Source: an uncultured Candidatus Bathyarchaeia archaeon
GTDB lineage: Archaea; Thermoproteota; Bathyarchaeia; TCS64
Reading direction: 5' to 3'
NCBI GenBank assembly: GCA_964513225.1
Contig: CAZEMD010000008.1
Coordinates: 1 to 7,079, forward strand
DNA: 7,079 bases
The position numbers and the translations under genes were made by a program. Below are positions 1 through 5,404 of the stretch, piece by piece; position 1 is the first letter of the stretch; each line of letters starts with the position of its first letter. A model generated the notes under the pieces. It worked only from the letters and a program-made list of their open reading frames with translations, ran no database searches and was not told the origin of the DNA.

Positions 1-473
1 AAAACCTGACTATAACGGAGAACCTCAGGATGGCGGGGTACGGTTTCCCGAAGGAGCAGCGGAACGAGAGAATGGAGGAGGTCCTTGAGGTTTTCCCGAT
101 ACTGAAGGACTACGTCAACGACACGGTGAAGGTCCTCAGCGGCGGCATGAGGCAGATGCTCGCCACCTCCATTGCCCTCATGAGGCGGCCCAAGGTCATG
201 ATGTTCGACGAGCCCACAGCGAGCCTCGCCCCCAACCTCGCCGAGGAGGTCCTCGACAAGATATTCGAGATGGAGGCGCAGTTCGACATCACCGTGGTCT
301 TCGTTGAGCAGAACGCCGCCATGGTGCTGGAGAGATGCGACACCGCGTACCTCATCGTCAACGGCAGGAGGGCGTACGCGGGGGACGCCAAGAAGCTGCT
401 GAACCACCCCAGGTTCGGCCAGATATTCCTAGGCGTGGAACAGTACGAGGAGCCGCCCACGCCCCAGGTCTAA
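1..473 (+). CDS. livF: Branched-chain amino-acid ABC transporter ATP-binding protein (LivF-type), C-terminal part; the 5' end lies outside the window
   Basis: The frame stays open upstream of the listed ATG at 30. Codons from nt 3 read NLTITENLRMAGYGF, the conserved LTxxENL segment of the LivF/LivG family. The ABC signature is LSGGMRQML, Walker B is VMMFDEPT followed by the D-loop SLAP, and VEQN sits at the H-loop position, which is typical of LivF. The short C-terminus ending in ..IFLGV resembles the LivF AYLG ending. Third-codon positions are GC-rich. Stop TAA at 471-473. Confidence 0.85.
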   Translation, partial: NLTITENLRMAGYGFPKEQRNERMEEVLEVFPILKDYVNDTVKVLSGGMRQMLATSIALMRRPKVMMFDEPTASLAPNLAEEVLDKIFEMEAQFDITVVFVEQNAAMVLERCDTAYLIVNGRRAYAGDAKKLLNHPRFGQIFLGVEQYEEPPTPQV

Positions 474-520
474 CCTTTTAACCCGCTCTTCAACCATTCA
501 TACCTGGTCCGGATCAGGAA

Positions 521-985
521 TTGGAGCTCAGAGAGCTGGTGTTCCCGGCGTATAGGTGGCGCGTCAGGGTCTACTCTATTTACCTTTTCGTCTTTTTCGA
601 CTACCTCCTCACCGGCCTGTTCATCGAGGGCTTCGGCGAGGAGGCCAACAGGGCGGTGAGGGCCTTCATGGTGGGCCTGGACAGCGTCCCCGTGGGGCTC
701 GCCGCCTTCACGCTGGCTTTCTACGGCCCCGTGTACGTGGCGCTGTGCTACCTGTCGAACACGGACTGGAGCAGGGTGAGGGAGGCAGAGTTCTTCGACT
801 CCCTGGCCACACGCATCCGCCCCCTGTACGACGTCGTCATCGGGTTAGGCGTGGCGGCCAGGCACTTCGACGGAGGCATGAGCTGGGTTTACCCCCTGGA
901 GAGCGGCCTCTGGATACCCGTGGGCTTCGTCCTCTACCTCACGCTGGTGCACTTCGGCACCATGTTGTATGAGCTGGGGAGGTGA
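521..985 (+). CDS. Hypothetical integral membrane protein (154 aa, about 3-4 predicted TM helices)
   Basis: This frame shows a strong GC3 bias, whereas the overlapping 556-972 frame gives R/G/P-rich junk. Hydrophobic stretches are VYSIYLFVFFDYLLTGLFI, VPVGLAAFTLAFYGPVYVALCYL and LWIPVGFVLYLTLVHFGTML. The start is uncertain: TTG at 521 (AGGA lies only 1 nt upstream) or GTG at 539. I do not recognise a family. Confidence 0.6.
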   Translation: MELRELVFPAYRWRVRVYSIYLFVFFDYLLTGLFIEGFGEEANRAVRAFMVGLDSVPVGLAAFTLAFYGPVYVALCYLSNTDWSRVREAEFFDSLATRIRPLYDVVIGLGVAARHFDGGMSWVYPLESGLWIPVGFVLYLTLVHFGTMLYELGR

Positions 986-988
986 GAT

Positions 989-2011
989 TCAAACCCAGCG
1001 GGGCCTCCTCAGGACGACGTAAAGCCCCACCAATGCCAAGGCGGCGGCCGCGTACAAGGAGACGGGCTTGTTTTCCCCGCCTTCAGGGGCGTCCATCGGC
1101 GCCGCCTGTATCTGAACCGTCGCTTCCTGGGCTTCGTCCAGCAGGGGTCTCTCTATCCTCGTTTCCTCGTACCCCGGTCTGGCGACCGTGAGGTTGTAGC
1201 TCCCCGCCTCCAACCCGGTTAACGAGGCAACGCCGTGTTCATCGGTCGTCGTGGAAGCGGCCTGCTCCCCGCCGTATCTGGTCAACGTGACGGACGCCTT
1301 GGCCACAGGCTCCCCATCCGAGTCGATGACCGTCACGTCAAGCTCGCACATCATGGGCTTGAAACGTATCTCGTCCTCGTAGTCGCAGTTCATTATCTCC
1401 GCCCATCCCTCGTCGAGGTAGAACAGGAACCTGAAAGTCGAGTCCGATACGCGTACCCTGGAGTCGTCGTAGAGGAGTATCTCGATCATGGTGCAGCCGT
1501 CCACGCGTCCAGTCGACCCGTCGATGAGAAACAGGTAGCAGAGCTGGGACCCGTTGACGCTCGCCACGGTCTCGTTGAGGCAGTGGAGCGCCCAGAGGTA
1601 CGAGCCCGTGATGCTCACCCGGGACCCGTTCTCGCATATCACGTGGGTCCTCCTGAGCTCCGAGTCCACCATCGTCAGGCTCGCGTTCCTCACCCGGAGG
1701 TAGAACATGTTGTCAACGGCCACCACGCTGCTGTTGTGGAGCTCCATCGAGGCGCCCTCCTCCACCAGTACGCCGTGCTCATAGTACCCCGAGTGGTTGA
1801 ACACTATCTCCGTGTCCACGAGGACCAGCGTGGCCCCGCTCCTCACCACTATGTCCCCCTGAGGCTCCAGGTGCTCCCCCCGTATCGTGTGTGTCCCATC
1901 CTCCACCACGATGTCGGGGCTCGACCCCGCGTAAGCCACCGCCATCAAATACAAAAACAAGGCAGCCAGTAACAGGGCGGCCCTAGCTTCCCATCCATGC
2001 GCTGGCTTCAT
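989..2011 (-). CDS. Exported, C-terminally membrane-anchored surface protein: repeat (beta-solenoid-like) domain plus a CarboxypepD_reg-like Ig-fold domain
   Basis: The N-terminal signal peptide is MKPAHGWEARAALLLAALFLYLMAVAYA/GSS. About 8 degenerate 18-19-aa repeats are visible by eye (SGATLVLVDTEI, GASMELHNSSVV, NASLTMVDSEL, NGSRVSITGSYL, NETVASVNGSQL, GSTGRVDGCTMI, DSRVRVSDSTF). There are 7 N-X-S/T sequons. The segment DVTVIDSDGEPVAKASVTLT...TTTDEHGVASLTGLEAGSYNLTVARPGYE fits the carboxypeptidase-regulatory-like domain pattern. The C-terminal TM is VSLYAAAALALVGLYVVL, followed by the basic tail RRPRWV. Confidence 0.8.
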   Translation of the reverse strand: MKPAHGWEARAALLLAALFLYLMAVAYAGSSPDIVVEDGTHTIRGEHLEPQGDIVVRSGATLVLVDTEIVFNHSGYYEHGVLVEEGASMELHNSSVVAVDNMFYLRVRNASLTMVDSELRRTHVICENGSRVSITGSYLWALHCLNETVASVNGSQLCYLFLIDGSTGRVDGCTMIEILLYDDSRVRVSDSTFRFLFYLDEGWAEIMNCDYEDEIRFKPMMCELDVTVIDSDGEPVAKASVTLTRYGGEQAASTTTDEHGVASLTGLEAGSYNLTVARPGYEETRIERPLLDEAQEATVQIQAAPMDAPEGGENKPVSLYAAAALALVGLYVVLRRPRWV

Positions 2012-2105
2012 AGGTCTCTGTCTCCCGTTGAACAGGCGGCTGTATTACTCTCTCTTCTCTTGTTTAATGATTCTTTAAATATTCACGTCTTTTTGAGTAG
2101 CCTAG
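2012..2105. promoter_or_regulatory. Divergent promoter region shared by the two surface-protein genes; TATA-like element at 2074-2083
   Basis: This is the only AT-rich patch between the two divergent start codons. TTTAAATA (2074-2081) is centred about 28 nt upstream of ATG 2106, which implies a leaderless or near-leaderless mRNA. Its reverse complement, TATTTAAA, is also a good archaeal TATA for the minus-strand gene. That would give a roughly 35-nt leader containing GGGAG 10 nt before ATG 2011. Confidence 0.5.
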
Positions 2106-3647
2106 ATGGGCGGGTCCACACGAAAAACAAGCCAATCCAAGGCTGCGGCCTTCATCATCGTCGCCCTCTGCCTCTGGCCAGCCCTAGCCGCGTCCGTGCC
2201 CATCTCCAACGGCTCCCCGACGCCCAGAAACCACACAGTCATCGACGAGGACACCGCCCTAGCCGGCCTCACCCTGGAAGGTGACTCGATGACGGTGGTG
2301 AACTGCAGCCTGGAAGTCGAGGGAGGGGTGACGGTCACGGGGGGCGCCCGTCTCACCCTCCGGAACGCCGAGGTGAGGCTCCTGGAGCCGGCGGCGGGCG
2401 GCTTCTGGTTCGACGTCCAAGGCAACTCGTCCCTGGAGATGGTGAACGTGTCCATCGAGACCGCCTTCCTCACGGGCTTCAACATGAGGGTCTCCGACTC
2501 GGCGGCGCTGACTTTCCGGGGCGTCTACTCCATGGACTGGAGCGGTGTCACCGGCCGGGGAGGCTCCACCGTTGCCGTCATGGACTCCACCTGCTGGTCC
2601 ACCTTCAACATGGGCGACAACAGCGCCCTCAACGTGTCGGGTTCAAGGATCTACGCCGTCAACGTCACCGACGGCGCCGAGGCCCGCCTAGACGGCGTCT
2701 ACGCCACCACCGCGTCCGTCTCCGGCGGCGGCCTCCACATCCACAACTCGACCCTAAGCTCCGAGACCAGCGGGCTCCACATTGGCCTCAGAGACGCCAC
2801 GCTCACCCTCCGGGGCTTCCCCGCCTCGCCCACCGGGATAGATTACTGGCACCTCGACGAATGGTCCCTGAGGGAGGAAGGCGCCCTCAACGTCACCCTA
2901 GACGACGTCTACCTCAGGAACATACGGCTCGACGTGGACGGGGGAGACGTGGAGGTCATCGACGTTGAAGCACCGCTGGAGATCACATGCGGCGGCGACT
3001 CGTTGACGGTCACCGGCTCCGCCATAAGAGTCGTCAGGCTGGAGCGTGGCTGCGCCTTGGCCGCCGTGGACGTCTCCCTCTCCCGGCTGGAGACGCGGGC
3101 GACGTCGTCGGCCGTGTTGAGCGGGGCGACGGTTCAGAGATCGGAGTCCCATGACCGCAGCGTGGTCACGTACACCTCATCCACGGTGGCCTCGCTGAGC
3201 TGCGGCGACGCCGCGGTGGTTCTCATGTGCGGCTCGCCGCTGCCGGAGGATCTGCTGGTGGGCGGCGACTCGGCGGTGGTCCATTTTTCGCGGCCGGTCT
3301 CCGCCGCGTTGCTGGGGTACGACGCGGGGGAGGGGGCTCTGGACGTGGAGCTCGACGGGGTTCAGGCGGAGGCGGAGTTGACCGTGGTGCTCGACGGGGA
3401 CAGGGTGAGAAGGGGGGAGCTGGGTGTGCTGCTGGACGGCGAGCCGGTGGACCACGGTGTGTCCGACGAGAAGGGGTTGAGCTATGTCTCGTCCCGGGTG
3501 TCTCCGGGTGTTGGCCGTGTCTCCGTTGTTCTGGGGGCTCCGCCCCCCGAGAGGGTTCCTTTCCTAGATACGCTTGTGGGGCGGCGTCTGGTTACCTTAT
3601 TATTGGTATTGTTACTAGTTGTCTTCGTGTTGTTGACCTGGAGATGA
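2106..3647 (+). CDS. Exported, C-terminally membrane-anchored repeat (beta-solenoid-like) surface glycoprotein candidate, 513 aa
   Basis: The signal peptide is MGGSTRKTSQSKAAAFIIVALCLWPALAA/SVP. A degenerate 17-22-aa repeat of the form [GD]-x-S/A-x-h-x-h-x-x-S-x-h runs through most of the protein (e.g. DSAALTFRGV, GGSTVAVMDST, DNSALNVSGSRI, DGAEARLDGV, GDVEVIDVEA, DSLTVTGSAI). There are 9 N-X-S/T sequons, all between residues 35 and 262. The C-terminal TM is LVTLLLVLLLVVFVLLTW, followed by R. GC3 is high. Confidence 0.8.
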   Translation: MGGSTRKTSQSKAAAFIIVALCLWPALAASVPISNGSPTPRNHTVIDEDTALAGLTLEGDSMTVVNCSLEVEGGVTVTGGARLTLRNAEVRLLEPAAGGFWFDVQGNSSLEMVNVSIETAFLTGFNMRVSDSAALTFRGVYSMDWSGVTGRGGSTVAVMDSTCWSTFNMGDNSALNVSGSRIYAVNVTDGAEARLDGVYATTASVSGGGLHIHNSTLSSETSGLHIGLRDATLTLRGFPASPTGIDYWHLDEWSLREEGALNVTLDDVYLRNIRLDVDGGDVEVIDVEAPLEITCGGDSLTVTGSAIRVVRLERGCALAAVDVSLSRLETRATSSAVLSGATVQRSESHDRSVVTYTSSTVASLSCGDAAVVLMCGSPLPEDLLVGGDSAVVHFSRPVSAALLGYDAGEGALDVELDGVQAEAELTVVLDGDRVRRGELGVLLDGEPVDHGVSDEKGLSYVSSRVSPGVGRVSVVLGAPPPERVPFLDTLVGRRLVTLLLVLLLVVFVLLTWR

Positions 3648-5110
3648 GTTTGAGGGTGCGCCGTGGATGCATGTGGGTCTCTCTGGTGTTGTTGTATGCC
3701 GTCGCCTTCTCGGCGCCTGCCGCGCTGGGCTGTACCACGGTGCTCGCGGCGGGGAACGCCACCGTGGACGGCTCCATCATCGTCGCGAAGAACCGGGACC
3801 TCTCCGAGTACGAGGTGCAGTGGCTGTACAGGGCCCCTCGCATGAGCCACGCACCAGGGGAGACAGTGGAACTGCAGTACATAGTGATCCCTCAGGCGGA
3901 GGAGACGTACGGCTGGGTGGGCTCCAAGTCGTACGACAAGAAGTGGGGAGTGGGCATGGGCATCAACGAGTGGGGCGTGGTGGTGGCGGACAACGACGCG
4001 CCCACCAGGGAGCCCCTGAGGGGGGAGTCGGGGCTCCACGACAACGACGTTTGCCGGCTGGTGCTGGAGCGCTCCAGGACGGCCCACGAGGGGGTCCTGC
4101 TCGCCGGCTCTTTGATCGAGGAGTACGGCCACTCCTACGTAGGGCAGATATACTGGATCGTTGACCCGGGTGAGGCTTGGATCGTGGAGTGCGCCGGGCG
4201 CCACTGGGCGGCCGTCAGGGTGACGGACGGCGTAGCGGTGAGGGCTAACCAGTACCAGATAACCACGAGCTGGGACGAGGGGAGCGGCGACCTGGTGGAG
4301 TACGCGTTGGGCAGGGGCTGGTGCGAGTCGGCCGACGAGTTCAGCTTCGCCGAGTGCTACTCCAAGGAGGGGTACCCGTACAGAAGCTCCCAGACCCGTG
4401 TGGAGCGGGCGCTGGACCTTCTCGAAGGGGAAACCGGTGGGCTCACCCGGGAGGACCTGATGACGGTGCTCATGGACCACTACGAGGAAACCCACATGTA
4501 CAGGTCGCCCCACGGAAACGACATGTACAGGACCATCTGCAGCGGGAGGACGGTGTCGGCTATGGTGGCCCAGCTGGAGCCAGGTCTACCGCCGGGGATG
4601 CAGGTCATGTGGTACTGCATGAGCAGCCCCTGCGTTGGCGTGTTCATGCCGGTTTACGCCAACGTCTCGGAGATACCGGAGCCCTACCTCGCCGGGAAGG
4701 GGCCCGAGGACCCGTCGGGTTACGACGAGGGGTCCGCGTGGTGGGTCTACAAGATGCTTCAGGTGTCCGTGGACGAGGACTACGATGAGCGGCGGCCGCC
4801 CGTCAGGGAGATGTGGGACGGTGTCTACGCCGCCGCTTCCTCCGAGGTGGAGGAGATGGAGGGGGTTCTCCTGGCGCTTTACGGGGACGGTGCGGCGGCG
4901 GAAGCCAGGCGACTCATGGACGAGCTGGTGGAGGCGAGGCTCGTGGGGTGCTACGAGTCGGCGTTGGAGACGGTGAACGGGTTCATGGACGAGGAGCCCG
5001 TGGAGCCGGCGGAGGAGGATAAGACGCTGGTATACATGGGCCTCGCGGGGGTGCTGCTCGTGGTCGGCGGCGTGCTACTCAACTACATCATGAAGATCGG
5101 GAAGAGTTGA
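3644..5110 (+). CDS. Peptidase family C69 (dipeptidase A-like Ntn hydrolase with an N-terminal Cys nucleophile), with a signal peptide and a C-terminal TM anchor, 488 aa
   Basis: GCTTVLAAGNATVDGSIIVAKNRD matches the C69 N-terminal signature C-T-T-x-L-x-G-x-x-A-T-x-D-G-S-x-I-x-A-[KR]-N-x-D. The downstream motifs GINEWGVVVADND and EAWIVECAGRHWAAVRV are also C69-like. I chose the start at ATG 3644 (MSLRVRRGCMWVSLVLLYAVAFSAPAALG/C) because it gives a basic n-region plus a hydrophobic core. It overlaps the upstream stop as ATGA. ATG 3671 is an alternative start. The C-terminus LVYMGLAGVLLVVGGVLLNYIM-KIGKS is a TM anchor. Confidence 0.85.
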   Translation: MSLRVRRGCMWVSLVLLYAVAFSAPAALGCTTVLAAGNATVDGSIIVAKNRDLSEYEVQWLYRAPRMSHAPGETVELQYIVIPQAEETYGWVGSKSYDKKWGVGMGINEWGVVVADNDAPTREPLRGESGLHDNDVCRLVLERSRTAHEGVLLAGSLIEEYGHSYVGQIYWIVDPGEAWIVECAGRHWAAVRVTDGVAVRANQYQITTSWDEGSGDLVEYALGRGWCESADEFSFAECYSKEGYPYRSSQTRVERALDLLEGETGGLTREDLMTVLMDHYEETHMYRSPHGNDMYRTICSGRTVSAMVAQLEPGLPPGMQVMWYCMSSPCVGVFMPVYANVSEIPEPYLAGKGPEDPSGYDEGSAWWVYKMLQVSVDEDYDERRPPVREMWDGVYAAASSEVEEMEGVLLALYGDGAAAEARRLMDELVEARLVGCYESALETVNGFMDEEPVEPAEEDKTLVYMGLAGVLLVVGGVLLNYIMKIGKS

Positions 5111-5203
5111 CGTTGCTTGATGCTTCACGCACGCGTCCAAGGTAGATGGGTTTACCCTCTTGACCTGTAGAAGCCATATATTTGTAGGGTCCGGTCAAGG
5201 ACG

Positions 5204-5344
5204 CTAAACGTCCAGTAAGGGCCGTCTTCTGCGGACCTCCTGCAGCTTTGGAGGAGCGACCTCGGCGCCGCATCTCATGCAGACGCAGGCGTTCTTCTCG
5301 TAGTCCATCTCGCAGAAGCCCCCGCATTTGGGACAGAACATCAT
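5204..5344 (-). CDS. Zn-ribbon mini-protein (46 aa; CPKC...CMRC)
   Basis: The sequence is MMFCPKCGGFCEMDYEKNACVCMRCGAEVAPPKLQEVRRRRPLLDV. It has two CxxC pairs plus two extra Cys, and the MxFCPKCG opening is typical of archaeal Zn ribbons such as the TFS/RpoM N-terminal type. GC3 is high. I moved the start from the track's 5386 to 5344. GGGGGAG (reverse complement of 5353-5359) lies 8 nt upstream of that ATG, and the 14 extra codons fall in the AT-rich TATA-like region. Confidence 0.6.
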   Translation of the reverse strand: MMFCPKCGGFCEMDYEKNACVCMRCGAEVAPPKLQEVRRRRPLLDV

Positions 5345-5404
5345 GGACAGGGCTCCCCCAACGCACAGTATATTTATTCCCGACATAAAATATAGACGCC
5401 TATA
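5345..5404 (-). promoter_or_regulatory. 5' region of the Zn-ribbon gene: SD-like GGGGGAG plus TATA-like elements
   Basis: On the minus strand, AATAAATATA is the reverse complement of 5369-5378 and TCTATATTTTATG is the reverse complement of 5384-5396. Both lie upstream of ATG 5344. The perfect inverted repeat ATATAG-ACGC-CTATAT at 5390-5405 overlaps them. Confidence 0.4.

Noticed and set aside
556-972. 138-aa alternative-frame ORF inside the membrane-protein gene; also 110-460 (-) antisense to livF
   Set aside because: The 556-972 ORF gives an R/G/P-rich translation, and GC3 periodicity favours frame 521-985. The antisense ORF at 110-460 has no support against the clear ABC motifs on the + strand.
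1235-1972. 245-aa + strand ORF antisense to the 340-aa surface protein; also 1338-1637 (-) and 982-1191 (+)
   Set aside because: The sequences are R/H/P/V-rich with no recognisable features. They are shadow ORFs expected in GC-rich DNA. The minus-strand frame at 989-2011 has a signal peptide, domain signatures and a TM anchor.
1997-2485. ORFs 1997-2284 (+) and 2102-2485 (-) spanning the divergent promoter and the start of the 513-aa gene; also 2898-3152 (-) and 3177-3455 (-)
   Set aside because: They overlap well-supported genes or the promoter, and their composition is that of off-frame GC-rich sequence.
3227-3643. N-terminal 139 codons of the 627-aa track ORF, upstream of the C69 peptidase
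   Set aside because: The stretch lies entirely inside the 3' end of the 2106-3647 gene in another frame. It encodes R/G/A-rich sequence typical of off-frame GC-rich DNA. C69 homology and a proper signal peptide begin at ATG 3644.
989-3647. PGF-CTERM / archaeosortase sorting signals on the anchored surface proteins
   Set aside because: The C-termini have a TM helix plus a basic tail, but no PGF-like tripeptide precedes the helix in any of the three proteins.
3716-3733. Lipobox reading of AALGC in the peptidase (lipoprotein attachment)
   Set aside because: The Leu is at -2 rather than -3, and this Cys is the conserved C69 catalytic N-terminal nucleophile. Lipidation of it would be incompatible with catalysis.
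3482-4513. 343-aa minus-strand ORF, plus 3592-3882 (-), 3663-3845, 3667-4164, 4321-4788, 4635-4976 and 4813-5022 (+), all overlapping the peptidase gene
   Set aside because: All are R/G/P/H-rich shadows. The 3644-5110 frame carries clear C69 motifs.
5159-5199. Inverted repeat CTTGACC-N27-GGTCAAG between the convergent peptidase and Zn-ribbon genes, as a possible terminator or RNA element
   Set aside because: The stem is only 7 bp with a 27-nt loop, and no adjacent oligo-T tract of 5 or more lies on either strand. It is too weak to call.
5088-5366. 92-aa minus-strand ORF overlapping the Zn-ribbon gene and the 3' end of the peptidase gene
   Set aside because: It has no motifs, is R/G/S-rich and crosses the convergent gene junction. 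The Zn-ribbon frame has the Cys pattern and better third-position bias.
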